Below are positions 19,026 through 28,765 of a stretch of 64,000 bases of DNA, in pieces. The DNA is from a candidate division WOR-3 bacterium (GTDB taxonomy: Bacteria > Hydrothermota > Hydrothermia > B15-G9 > WFZT01). Made by a program: the position numbers and the translations under genes. Positions within the stretch are counted from its first letter, which is position 1, and each line of letters begins with the position of its first letter. The notes beneath the pieces were generated by a model. That model was not told the origin of the DNA, did no database searches, and was given only the letters and a program-made list of their open reading frames with translations. Where the stretch lies: the NCBI GenBank assembly GCA_027053075.1, contig JALUEE010000047.1:84082-148081 (forward strand), given 5' to 3'.

Positions 19026-19367
19026 ATGAACAGAAAATTTAAAGGACTTGCAGACGTAAGGAAAAGGAAAGGTTATACTCAGGAACAGGTGGCAAAATTC
19101 CTGGGTATTGATCGCAGCACCCTTTCAAGGATTGAAAAAGGGGAAGTAAAAAGAATTCCTTTGTCCTACTTGTTTAAACTTTCAGAGCTTTATAACACTT
19201 CTATAAAAGAGCTACTTGAAATTCTCTATCCCGAAGCTACCAGAAGTCCAAAATTTATGTTTAGAAAAAATTTGCCTTTGAGCACTGATGAGAAAGAAAA
19301 GCTGAAGGCCGTGGAAGAGATCATCAATAACTTTATTTTTCTCAAAGAAATTCTTGAAGAAGAGTGA
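19026..19367 (+). CDS. XRE-family helix-turn-helix regulator
   Basis: RKRKGYTQEQVAKFLGIDRSTLSRIEKG; GAGGTG RBS. Confidence 0.92.
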   Translation: MNRKFKGLADVRKRKGYTQEQVAKFLGIDRSTLSRIEKGEVKRIPLSYLFKLSELYNTSIKELLEILYPEATRSPKFMFRKNLPLSTDEKEKLKAVEEIINNFIFLKEILEEE

Positions 19368-20125
19368 TGTTAAGAAGATACACAAAACTTGAAATTCGTG
19401 AGAAAGTTGACGATATAAAGCAAGTGTTGAAGTTGGATTCCTGCTATGGAAGCATGAAAAAGCTCAGACAAGCTCTTGAAAGTAATGACTACATTCTCCT
19501 TTTCTATCCATTTCATAGAGAATCGTTTTCAGGTGCCTCATTCCTGGCAAATTCATTGAAAGTGATAGTTATAAACTCTTCCCAATCTCTTGGACGTCAA
19601 CATTACACTTTAGCTCACGAACTCGGACACATTGTACTTGGACACGGAGATACGAGTGATGAGATTAATATAGATATTTCCAGCTCCAGAGAAAAGGAGG
19701 CAGATAGATTCGCTGCTGAATTCTTGCTACCAGAGAGCTGCATCCGTCCATATTTGGTTAAGTTTCAACACAACTTTTTCAATGCTGTAATGCTTATCTA
19801 TAAAATTTCACAGAATTTTGAAGTTAGTTTCGAATTTGCACATTACCGAGTAAAAGAATACATCAAGTTTAAAGACACTGAAGAACTTTCCATAAGAAAC
19901 ATAAAAGTGACGAAATTGGCCGAGTTGCTCAATGGCAATCTCGATATCTACAGGCCTACCGGGGAAAAGTATCTGAGTAGGGAATTATACCTTAATCTTG
20001 CCCTTGAAGCCCTGGAAAAAGAAAAAATCAGCATAGGTAGATTTTTTGAGCTTTTAAATGCACTAAAAAAATTTGACGAACATTTTGATCCTGATGAATT
20101 TTATAACCAGGTTAGAGTTAAGTAA
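19364..20125 (+). CDS. ImmA/IrrE family metallo-endopeptidase
   Basis: RQHYTLAHELGH (HExxH) and EKEADRFAAEFLLP motifs. Confidence 0.9.
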   Translation: MMLRRYTKLEIREKVDDIKQVLKLDSCYGSMKKLRQALESNDYILLFYPFHRESFSGASFLANSLKVIVINSSQSLGRQHYTLAHELGHIVLGHGDTSDEINIDISSSREKEADRFAAEFLLPESCIRPYLVKFQHNFFNAVMLIYKISQNFEVSFEFAHYRVKEYIKFKDTEELSIRNIKVTKLAELLNGNLDIYRPTGEKYLSRELYLNLALEALEKEKISIGRFFELLNALKKFDEHFDPDEFYNQVRVK

Positions 20126-20636
20126 ATATACGTTTTTCTGTGACAATACCGTCCTTTCAAATTTCGCAAGTGTCCAAGAAATTGATCTTTTATGCCACAT
20201 ACTTTCTCATGTGGAAAATGCATATACAACGAATCTTGTAATGAATGAGTTTAACCGACGATTCTATGAAATAAGCATTCCATGTTTAGAGGTCAAGCGA
20301 GTACAATCCAAAATTGTTCAAAATTTGCAGAGAATTGAACCTTATAGGAGGCTTGGGCAAGGTGAACTATCTCTATTTGTTTTAGCTAAATCACCAGAAA
20401 CCACATTTATAATTCTTACAGATGATCGAATGGCAAGAAAATTATTTGAAAAAGAGGGCTTTCAGGTTCATGTCACCGTTTTCTTGCTCGTTCTTGCTGT
20501 ATGTTTCGAAATAATCCCTACAAAAATCGCATTTCAGATACTTGAGGACATGATTGACAAAGGCTACTATTTCAAATTCAAAGGAGAACAAGACGGTTTG
20601 TTAAAGAAAATTGAGGATATTTGTGGTGAAAAGTAA
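20073..20636 (+). CDS. PIN-domain protein (DUF3368-like), putative ribonuclease toxin; start uncertain (ATG 20094 possible)
   Basis: CDNTVLSNF, LGQGE and LTDDRMAR acidic motifs. Confidence 0.75.
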   Translation: MTNILILMNFITRLELSKYTFFCDNTVLSNFASVQEIDLLCHILSHVENAYTTNLVMNEFNRRFYEISIPCLEVKRVQSKIVQNLQRIEPYRRLGQGELSLFVLAKSPETTFIILTDDRMARKLFEKEGFQVHVTVFLLVLAVCFEIIPTKIAFQILEDMIDKGYYFKFKGEQDGLLKKIEDICGEK

Positions 20637-20676
20637 TGTCAAATCGAAAAATATGCCTTATCGTATCGTCTTCTTT

Positions 20677-22302
20677 TCACACCTTATATCTGTAGGGGCA
20701 TTGGAGGCAGCGGGATGCCTCTCTTTTTGCATCCTCCAGTGAAAATTCTTTATCTACAACGATAAATGAGCTCTTCCTCTTATCTGGATGCTCCTGCTCG
20801 ATTTTTACAGGAGTATAAATCTCTGGCCTTTTATCGAGCTTCTTCGGCTTTACATAGTATTCAAAGCTAAAGACCCAGTTGATGAAGCTTTTAACAGGTC
20901 CATCGTATTTCCTTATTATTTTCTCGGCGAGCTTTCTTCCCCTTGCGATTGCTTCAACCACCAGAGGGGCACCTCGAATGACGTAAACATTTTCACCCCT
21001 AATATTTTCAAGGAGACGTCTCTCAGCACCCTGGCCAATTGCCACAATTACCGAGTCTCCGCGGGAAACCGGTGTTTCAACAGACTCGTCAAATTCAGGA
21101 TTGAATCTGCCGCTTTCATCAAACACACTCACACACTTCTTGGTATGAACCTCTATCTTTCCGTCCTTTGAAACCAATCGTTTCACACCAAGCTCTCCGT
21201 GGAAAACAACCCCCTCCTCAAGTGCCTCCTCAATCTCCTTATCATCTGCAGGAAGTCTCTCCGGTGACTTCAGGTCTGTTTTCTCGAGAGAAACGATTGT
21301 GACCTTCTTTGCTCCAAGTCTCAGTGAAACACGCGCAGAGTCTATTGCAACATCTCCACCACCAATTACAATTACCTCATCACCGATGTCTGGCTTATCC
21401 CCCTTATTAACCCGGAAAAGAAAATCGAGGCTCGTATAAACCCTCTCGAGGTCTTCCCCCTCAACACCGAGTCTTCTTGCCGCATAATCACCGATAGACA
21501 CGATAACGACATCGTACTCTTTAGAAAGCTCATCCACAGTGTAATCCCGACCTAATTCAACGCCCGTTTTAAACTCGATTCCCTCGTCGATCAACCTCTG
21601 TACTTCTTTCTTAGTAATGTGTTTCGGCAGCCTGTAATCAGGGACTCCATACCTCATCATCCCACCGGGCTCAGGTTCCCTTTCATAAACTGTGACACGG
21701 AACCCTGCCTGTCTCAGATAATGGGCAGCCGAAAGGCCTGCAGGCCCGCCCCCGACGACCGCAACTCCTACATTTCTTTCATTCTTCGGGGGCTTAAATT
21801 CGAGCTTTCCATATGTAGATGCAGCCCGCTTGAGATGCTTGATATGGACAGGCTCGTCATATCGCCTCCTCGAACACGCCTTCTCGCAGGGGGCGGGGCA
21901 AAGGTATCCAAGAACTCCGGGGAAAGGTGCCTTCTTAGCGATTAATTCGAGGGCATCGTCAAACCTGCCCTCCCGGATAAGCTGGATATAGCCAGCCACA
22001 TCAATATCAGCGGGACATGCCCGCCTGCAGGGAGGCTTTTGATAAATGGGCCCCTTATAAGCATCAAGGAGATTGAGAAACCAGATAGTGAGGTACCCGA
22101 TAACAACAGAAATAAATGCGGGGCTCATGCCCTTGTAAACTTTGGTGAAAAAGTAAATGCTCGGGTATGTAATGGCTATAAAAAACAATCCGGACCCGAT
22201 TCTGCCCCGGTATAGCTGGCCAAATCCGGGCAGAAAAAATGAAATCCAGAAAGCTATCTTTCTCTTCTTTTCCTCTCTTTTAAGCTCCATTTTAGAAGAC
22301 AA
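20677..22302 (-). CDS. GltD/SudA-like FAD/NAD(P)H Fe-S oxidoreductase with N-terminal transmembrane segment
   Basis: CRRACP, CPAPCEKAC, GGGPAG, GGGDVAID and EASRCLQC motifs; hydrophobic N-terminus with FFLPGFGQLY. Confidence 0.85.
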   Translation of the reverse strand: MSSKMELKREEKKRKIAFWISFFLPGFGQLYRGRIGSGLFFIAITYPSIYFFTKVYKGMSPAFISVVIGYLTIWFLNLLDAYKGPIYQKPPCRRACPADIDVAGYIQLIREGRFDDALELIAKKAPFPGVLGYLCPAPCEKACSRRRYDEPVHIKHLKRAASTYGKLEFKPPKNERNVGVAVVGGGPAGLSAAHYLRQAGFRVTVYEREPEPGGMMRYGVPDYRLPKHITKKEVQRLIDEGIEFKTGVELGRDYTVDELSKEYDVVIVSIGDYAARRLGVEGEDLERVYTSLDFLFRVNKGDKPDIGDEVIVIGGGDVAIDSARVSLRLGAKKVTIVSLEKTDLKSPERLPADDKEIEEALEEGVVFHGELGVKRLVSKDGKIEVHTKKCVSVFDESGRFNPEFDESVETPVSRGDSVIVAIGQGAERRLLENIRGENVYVIRGAPLVVEAIARGRKLAEKIIRKYDGPVKSFINWVFSFEYYVKPKKLDKRPEIYTPVKIEQEHPDKRKSSFIVVDKEFSLEDAKREASRCLQCPYRYKV

Positions 22303-23647
22303 CTGTCGCCTTGAGCATCACTCCGCTAAATTCAGGCTCATACCTGCAGATTCCACCTGAACACACAAAATCTCCTCTCATCGAACCCACAATGAGATCG
22401 AGGCTTAAATTATTGAATATCTGCCCCTTAAACTCAACGTTTGACCACCTGTTACGCAGATCCCCCACTCTATTCTGGACAGTAAAGATGACCCCATAAT
22501 TCTCTCCCAATCCGATGCTGAAAGCCACATCCCTGTCCGTGTAATGCTTCCCATCGTCTATCCTTTTCCTGTTTTTAAAAGAAATCTCGAGGCTATAAGT
22601 ACCCATCTGCCAGCCATAATCAAATTCTGGCTCGATTTCCTCTCTCCTTCCAACTCCAATTGCAATCTGACCATTTGTGAGTTTTAGATAGCCTAAATCA
22701 ACCTCCCCATAGTGAGTTTCATCCTGAAACTGATTCTGCCAGAAGACTTCATTCATATCACTCTTCTTGCCGTAATAACCCGTCGAGTACAGCCGGGAAA
22801 GCGAGAGATTGGCTGTGTAGAAGTCCGAAGGGGCAAAGTTTAAAGTTAGCGCCGCTGCCCTTTCGTCCATTGCCTCATTCAGGTAAATCCCGGATTTATT
22901 CAATGTCGGGGGAATGCCATAATCTTTCCCGAAGAGCCAGTAATCACGAAATTCCGCCACAGCTCCAAAATTCTCTCGGGAATAGGAAATAGACAAATAA
23001 TCCGCGAAGCCCTGCTTTTCCATCTGGAGGATTTTATTAAAACCAGACCTCATTCCAAATTCAAAATACATGGCAAGGGAGCCTTTCCCGAGGATGGTTC
23101 TCAGTGAATAATAGTCAGTCTTCGTGTTATCTTTCGCTCTTGCCTCAAGTACGCTTCCTCCTACTTTCACGCCCTTCATGAAGTTAAAAAGTGCATCTGA
23201 GCCGAAGAGGAGGCTTGTGGAATCTGGCTGAAGCTGATGGTCAATATAAACCTTTGAAATTCCGCCAAATGCTTTGACTATGCCAGCAGGGCCAGCTACC
23301 TCCATGTAAAGACCGTTTATGAACCTGTCCATCTTCAGGACTTCATCCTTTGCCGCATAGAGGATTAATCCGCGTCCGAAGGTAATATAAGAAGAGCCGA
23401 CTCTAAGCAATACGTGCTGATTGTGGGTTTCGGCATATCCTTTGAGAACACCAAGTCTTTCCTGAAAAGCCATGGTGGTCTCCGGGTGGAAATAGGAATA
23501 GTTGAGTCCAAGTGAAAAATTTCCCTGCCAGGCACCGATATCAGTTTCCTCGATAATTCTGACGCCATCTGATTTATAAAACCTCGTCTCGATTCCACTG
23601 GAAAGCGATAAATTTAAGCTCATCAGCACAATTACGAAAATATTCAT
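22292..23647 (-). CDS. Putative outer-membrane beta-barrel (DUF6029-like) with C-terminal CxxGxC motif
   Basis: Signal peptide; YITFGRGLIL; GDFVCSGGICRYEP; terminal Phe. Confidence 0.7.
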   Translation of the reverse strand: MNIFVIVLMSLNLSLSSGIETRFYKSDGVRIIEETDIGAWQGNFSLGLNYSYFHPETTMAFQERLGVLKGYAETHNQHVLLRVGSSYITFGRGLILYAAKDEVLKMDRFINGLYMEVAGPAGIVKAFGGISKVYIDHQLQPDSTSLLFGSDALFNFMKGVKVGGSVLEARAKDNTKTDYYSLRTILGKGSLAMYFEFGMRSGFNKILQMEKQGFADYLSISYSRENFGAVAEFRDYWLFGKDYGIPPTLNKSGIYLNEAMDERAAALTLNFAPSDFYTANLSLSRLYSTGYYGKKSDMNEVFWQNQFQDETHYGEVDLGYLKLTNGQIAIGVGRREEIEPEFDYGWQMGTYSLEISFKNRKRIDDGKHYTDRDVAFSIGLGENYGVIFTVQNRVGDLRNRWSNVEFKGQIFNNLSLDLIVGSMRGDFVCSGGICRYEPEFSGVMLKATVVF

Positions 23648-24750
23648 TTTCCTGCCTCCACTGTTAATCTGAAGGAGTCTCTTACCGTGGAATCCGTAAG
23701 GGACCAGACCTTGATCCAGACTAATCCCGATGGGGCTGTAGAGTCGGAATGGTAAAATTCTACCTGATAAGTGCTATCAATCTCGCCTGCTGCAACTGTG
23801 TCTATGGTGTGAAGGAATGGCAGGCAATAATTGCCGCACAGACTCACAAGCCAGATTGAATCGAGAGAATCCCGGTCAACACTGAGGTAAAAAGTATCGT
23901 CAACAGATTGGTTGTTACGAATGTATATCCTCGTTGCCACCTGGAGTTCTTGAGGGACAGAGAGGACCGAATCAGCTGTATAAACATCCACAGGTTGCAC
24001 AGCTGACGAGGCAAGGTCATCGAGGGCTATCTTTGCAACATCAACGACTTCCTTTGTATTATTATCCTGGAGAAAAACCACGAAATCGACACTGTCTGGA
24101 TTTATGGCATGGGGAATTTCGAATGCAAAAGCGGATGAATCTCCACTCATCCCTTCAGCACCACCTACCATATCACGGAGGAGATAGTTGTAAAGCGTAT
24201 CACCGTTGGGAGCCTGATAATGAATCCCTGATTCAACCATAGCCACCCTGATTTTTGCTCCATCAAAGGTGGTATCAACACTAACATAAAGAGTTCCAGA
24301 CCGAGTAGCAGTGTTATAGACCCCACTCAGGTTAAGAACTTTTCTGTAATCCCTGTTATGCAATTCCTGAATCTTTGCTCCCCACGAAGGTGCTCCTGAG
24401 GTTCCTGTGTAGCTTGCCACTCCGTTGAACACGAGATATGGAGTACCTGGATTGGTGGAACCGTAATAGTAAACTATTCTCGCATTGATATCCTCAGAAT
24501 CTGCGAGATAGAAGGGGTCGTTGGGATCAGGAACTCCTATGTGATAGTTGATAAGGTAGAGGTTGGAATCAGCCTGCATGAGGGAATCTATAATTTCTTC
24601 AGCTTCGGGACAGTGGACGCAGGCATCGTTGGAGAAGAGTTCGATGAGAACAGGGGCGGAGCCGCCTGTTTGCGGAGCAAACAGGCGGCTCCGCTTTATA
24701 CATCCTCCCATTAAAATTACTATCAATAGCACAAACGATAATCTTCTCAT
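23644..24750 (-). CDS. Omp28-related thioredoxin-fold lipoprotein
   Basis: Lipobox-like LMGGC; LIELFSNDACVHCP; GTP cis-Pro loop; LLRDM. Confidence 0.8.
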   Translation of the reverse strand: MRRLSFVLLIVILMGGCIKRSRLFAPQTGGSAPVLIELFSNDACVHCPEAEEIIDSLMQADSNLYLINYHIGVPDPNDPFYLADSEDINARIVYYYGSTNPGTPYLVFNGVASYTGTSGAPSWGAKIQELHNRDYRKVLNLSGVYNTATRSGTLYVSVDTTFDGAKIRVAMVESGIHYQAPNGDTLYNYLLRDMVGGAEGMSGDSSAFAFEIPHAINPDSVDFVVFLQDNNTKEVVDVAKIALDDLASSAVQPVDVYTADSVLSVPQELQVATRIYIRNNQSVDDTFYLSVDRDSLDSIWLVSLCGNYCLPFLHTIDTVAAGEIDSTYQVEFYHSDSTAPSGLVWIKVWSLTDSTVRDSFRLTVEAGK

Positions 24751-26540
24751 TTCACTATCACAAACCTGTAACTTTTATCTCCTGACCTCAAGAAGTAAAC
24801 ACCAACACCGAGATCACTCAGCCTTATCTCAAGTCTATTGCTACCAGCCCTAACAGTTCTCTCAAAGGATTTCCTCAACCTCCCTGACGCATCAAAGATG
24901 GCAAAATTCATCCTTCCGTTAATGGGTGAGTAAACGTTCATTTTTAGAACGTTTGAAACTATTCCATTTAACTCAATTTTACCCTGGATGCGTGGCGAAA
25001 TTCTCTCCTGAACATCCGTATATGGACCCACAAGTACATCATCAATGTACCAGCCCTCACGATTGACACTCGAATCTGTTACAAGCCTGAACCTGAATTT
25101 GGTAACCATACCAGCTATGTCGTTGAGATTTATATTTTCAGCTCCCCACAGATGGAACCCAGAAAAACTCTCAAGACTAACCCATTTATTACCCTCGAAA
25201 ATCTCAACAAATCCGTTGTCTCCACTTCCAAGCTGATAGTAGTGGAAAAACAGAAAAAATCCGTGTGAAGGGACAACAATCCATGGGGACTCGAGATAAG
25301 AATCAGTGTTTCCTGGATACGTATGAGTAGAATCGTCACTCGAATACCAGCTGTGACGGGGGCTGTGACTTTTACGAGTTGTTATATGCCAGCAATCATT
25401 GGTTCCTCCGTGTGTCCACTCACCCACACCGTTTTCCACATTGTCAAAGAATCCGGGATGGTTTGTGACCTTAAAAGGTATGGAATCAACAAATGTATCC
25501 TGGTTTGCGGTCATAGAGAGATGTAACCATGTCATATAATTGTCCGGTGTATTGGGTGACACCTGAATGGTGAAGGGTGTTGGGCACTCGCCCTGTGAAA
25601 AGACAGGAAGCGTATCAAGAGTGGTGTTTGCTGAAGTGATAGTCAGGTAGGGATCACTTGTCGAGAGAGTCGCCGAAATTCCGGTTAAAGTCACTTTCCC
25701 GGTATTCTGAAGTGTCACATACATGTCAACTGTCTCACCAGGCTGTGCTACATTATTGTTGTTACCACCCGTCTGATCAGATAGACGATATTTGAGATAT
25801 TGAAGGCCCACCCCCGGAAATAGCCATTGAGTTTCTGCCTGATAAACGCTTTTCGTTGCATAATTCTGGACAAACACCACAACCTGACAGTTGTTTTCAT
25901 TCCAGCGGGGGTCAATGGTAAATTCAGCAGTATCATAAATTGTCTGATTTGGGGGCACATCTATCGCTTTACCGGTAGCATTAGGGATCATATCTCTCAT
26001 TACCTGATTATGAATGTCCTCACCATTAGGAGCCTGGTAATAGAGATTAGACTCGGTGATAACATAGAATAGACGAAGATTGCTATGAGTGGAGTCTGAT
26101 TCGTTAGAAATCTGAGTGTAAACAAAGCCGGTATTTTTGGTCGAATCATACTGAACCTGCATATTGATTCCTATGGACGTGGGTTTATTCAGCTCTGATT
26201 GAATATAGGTTGGCCAGGGACCAGACTGATAGCCTCCATCTACTGTCCCATCAATCCACAGATGAGGTGTGTAATCAGCCCCATAAAAGTTGATTCGTGC
26301 AGAATTCTCATCTGGATTGGCAGCATAAAACGGATCAGACCTACTTGGCCACCAAGCATGGTACCTTACGACAACAAGCTGGTCAGGAAACTGGTCTAAT
26401 AAAGCGTCAAGAGCATAATTGGCACTTGCGCAGCCAGGACATGCAGTGTTCGTGATAAGCTCCCCCAGCACCTTTCTCTGAACTGCCCAAATACTTGCGG
26501 GGAGCAACATGATGAGCATGATTACGACAATCTTTTTCAT
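24747..26540 (-). CDS. Omp28-related protein with additional beta domains and T9SS-type C-terminal domain
   Basis: ELITNTACPGC, YTP, HNQVMRDM, GWYIDDV; C-terminal IFDASGR...GVYFLR. Confidence 0.8.
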   Translation of the reverse strand: MKKIVVIMLIMLLPASIWAVQRKVLGELITNTACPGCASANYALDALLDQFPDQLVVVRYHAWWPSRSDPFYAANPDENSARINFYGADYTPHLWIDGTVDGGYQSGPWPTYIQSELNKPTSIGINMQVQYDSTKNTGFVYTQISNESDSTHSNLRLFYVITESNLYYQAPNGEDIHNQVMRDMIPNATGKAIDVPPNQTIYDTAEFTIDPRWNENNCQVVVFVQNYATKSVYQAETQWLFPGVGLQYLKYRLSDQTGGNNNNVAQPGETVDMYVTLQNTGKVTLTGISATLSTSDPYLTITSANTTLDTLPVFSQGECPTPFTIQVSPNTPDNYMTWLHLSMTANQDTFVDSIPFKVTNHPGFFDNVENGVGEWTHGGTNDCWHITTRKSHSPRHSWYSSDDSTHTYPGNTDSYLESPWIVVPSHGFFLFFHYYQLGSGDNGFVEIFEGNKWVSLESFSGFHLWGAENINLNDIAGMVTKFRFRLVTDSSVNREGWYIDDVLVGPYTDVQERISPRIQGKIELNGIVSNVLKMNVYSPINGRMNFAIFDASGRLRKSFERTVRAGSNRLEIRLSDLGVGVYFLRSGDKSYRFVIVK

Positions 26541-26543
26541 AAG

Positions 26544-27044
26544 CTACTTGCCTCCTTTAAATTTAACACCACATTTTTCAAGAACTTCCCTAACATCGTT
26601 CTTTTCTTTCGGCTTATAACCAACCCTGAAATATATGACTTTTCCCGTTGTATCCACAACATAGAGGGTTGGTAAGGCCATAACCTTGTACATTAACTTA
26701 ACCTTTTTCTGCGAATCGAGGAGTACAGGAAATTTCCAGCCCCGGGATTTTACCATGCTCTTAACGCGTGATATCTTGGATGGATTGTCCTCGTTGATAG
26801 AAATTAGATAGAAAAGTGTATCGGGTGAGGAGAGCCACAATTCCTGCAGTTCTTTTAGCGCGCGTCCACAAGACCTGCACCAGGTAGCCCAAAAATCTAT
26901 GACAACTGGCTTAGTTTTATATAGTTTACTCAAGGTATAGGTTTTGCCCTGAAGACTTTTTAGGGTAAAATCAGGCGCTGCCTGCTCTGCATATAGACCT
27001 GTTACAAGCAAAGCAAAAATTAAGTACTTCATCATTGCCTCCAC
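26544..27044 (-). CDS. TlpA-family thiol:disulfide oxidoreductase
   Basis: APDFTL, DFWATWCRSC and ALPT motifs; signal peptide; true start probably ATG 27035/27032. Confidence 0.9.
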   Translation of the reverse strand: MEAMMKYLIFALLVTGLYAEQAAPDFTLKSLQGKTYTLSKLYKTKPVVIDFWATWCRSCGRALKELQELWLSSPDTLFYLISINEDNPSKISRVKSMVKSRGWKFPVLLDSQKKVKLMYKVMALPTLYVVDTTGKVIYFRVGYKPKEKNDVREVLEKCGVKFKGGK

Positions 27045-27202
27045 TGATAGAATACGCCCATTCTAATAAAAATACAGTGTTTTTTCAAGAAGCAATCAGG
27101 TCCGCCGGTGGAACTTCCCAAAACGAATGGAGATTTTTTCCATCTTCTCAGATTTGACAGTAAGAGAAAGTTGCGAGAAAATATTTCAAAAACAAAGGAG
27201 AT

Positions 27203-28765
27203 GTGAAAGTGGCGAGACTGTTCGAATATCAGGGAAAAGAGATTTTAAGACAGGTAGGAATCAAAACTCCGAGAGGCAAGGTTGTAAAAACACCGGAAGA
27301 AGCTCTTGATGCTTTCGAGGAAATCGGTGGTCCTGTGGTAATTAAGATTCAGGTATGGACCACAGGTAGAGCGGGAATCGGCGGAGTGAGATTTGCAGAT
27401 ACAGCAGAAGAAGTTAAATCTATTGCCGGAGAGTTGCTGGGTCTCAAAGTTGGAGAGTTTGAAGTCAATGAGCTGCTTGTTGAGGAAAAACTGGATATCG
27501 AGAGGGAATTTTTCGCCGGGATTGTTATTAATGACGCAGATAAGTCACCGGTGGTGATCTTTAGCTCCGTTGGAGGCACCGGCATTGAAGAAATAGCCCG
27601 TGAACATCCAGATAAGGTAGCAAGCCACACAGTTGATGTGGTAAGAGGGTTTCATTCATATCATGGTAGAGAACTCGCCAAAAGGGCTGGGATCAATGGC
27701 AAACTAATCGTCAAAGTTGGAAATGTGCTGGCCAATCTTTATAGGGCCATGAAGCTTTATGATGCAAGGTCTGTGGAAATCAATCCTCTGGTATTGACAA
27801 AAGATGGAGAACTTTATGCAGCTGACTGTCATATAGTCGTGGACGATTACGCAGTTTATAGACACCCCGAATTAGGAATAGAGATTGCGAGAGAATTTTC
27901 ACGCCCGGCAACTGAACTTGAGAAAATTGCGTATAAGGTAGAAAAGGATGACTACAGGGGCACTTTCTATTTCTTCCAGATGGTTAAGGACGTTCCACCT
28001 GATGGAAAGCACATAGGCTTTCACGGTGCCGGAGGTGGTGGCTCTATGATGTCCATGGATGCTGTCTTAAAGGCAGGTTTCAAACCTGCAAATTTCACCG
28101 ATACCAGTGGAAATCCACCTGCATCAAAGGTTTACAGGGCAGCAATGATTATTCTCTCCCAGCCCAATATAGTCGGATATTTTGCCTCAGGTTCAGGAGT
28201 TGCTTCACAGGAGCAGGTCAACTCAGCTCGTGGTTTTGTAAAAGCATTCCTTGAAGATGATCTGGATATCCCGGCTGTCCTGAGACTCGGGGGAAACCTC
28301 GAAGAGAAGGCCATAGAGATACTTGAAACGTATTTAGAAGACCTGCCTGTTAAAGTTGAAGGATATGGTAAAGACGATTCCGCAGATTTTTGTGCAGAAC
28401 GGCTTAAGGCACTTGTCAAAGAAAATGGGAGGAAGTTACATCAAGTAAGGCCGTTAAAAGAATTTGTTCCACCTGAGAACTCATACAAGATAGAGACACT
28501 GACGGGAAGTATTTACATTGACCACGAAGCATGTAACAAATGTGAATCCAAGGCATGTATTCCTGCCTGTCCCAAAGATGTACTCAAACTGGAAAATGGT
28601 GTTCCCGTACTAAACCTCGATCCTGAGGAGGTAAAGAAGGGTAAATGCACAGAATGTCTTGCCTGCGAAATAGCCTGTAAATTTGAAGGAAAAGGTGCTC
28701 TTTACATCCATTTACCAATTCCGGGGTTAAAAGAATACAGGGAGAAAATCTCGAGGGAATCTTAA
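27203..28765 (+). CDS. ATP-grasp acyl-CoA ligase beta subunit (succinyl-CoA synthetase/citrate lyase-like) fused to a ferredoxin domain
   Basis: LFEYQGKEIL, GRAGIGGV, EINPL and RLGGN motifs; C-terminal CNKCESKACIPACP and CTECLACEIAC. Confidence 0.8.
   Translation: MKVARLFEYQGKEILRQVGIKTPRGKVVKTPEEALDAFEEIGGPVVIKIQVWTTGRAGIGGVRFADTAEEVKSIAGELLGLKVGEFEVNELLVEEKLDIEREFFAGIVINDADKSPVVIFSSVGGTGIEEIAREHPDKVASHTVDVVRGFHSYHGRELAKRAGINGKLIVKVGNVLANLYRAMKLYDARSVEINPLVLTKDGELYAADCHIVVDDYAVYRHPELGIEIAREFSRPATELEKIAYKVEKDDYRGTFYFFQMVKDVPPDGKHIGFHGAGGGGSMMSMDAVLKAGFKPANFTDTSGNPPASKVYRAAMIILSQPNIVGYFASGSGVASQEQVNSARGFVKAFLEDDLDIPAVLRLGGNLEEKAIEILETYLEDLPVKVEGYGKDDSADFCAERLKALVKENGRKLHQVRPLKEFVPPENSYKIETLTGSIYIDHEACNKCESKACIPACPKDVLKLENGVPVLNLDPEEVKKGKCTECLACEIACKFEGKGALYIHLPIPGLKEYREKISRES

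Noticed and set aside
18760..20676. Prophage or ICE remnant around the ImmA/XRE genes
   Set aside because: No integrase, phage or conjugation genes, and no att-like flanking repeats recognised
22292..27044. Selenocysteine recoding in the CxxC proteins
   Set aside because: All motifs are encoded with ordinary Cys codons in uninterrupted ORFs
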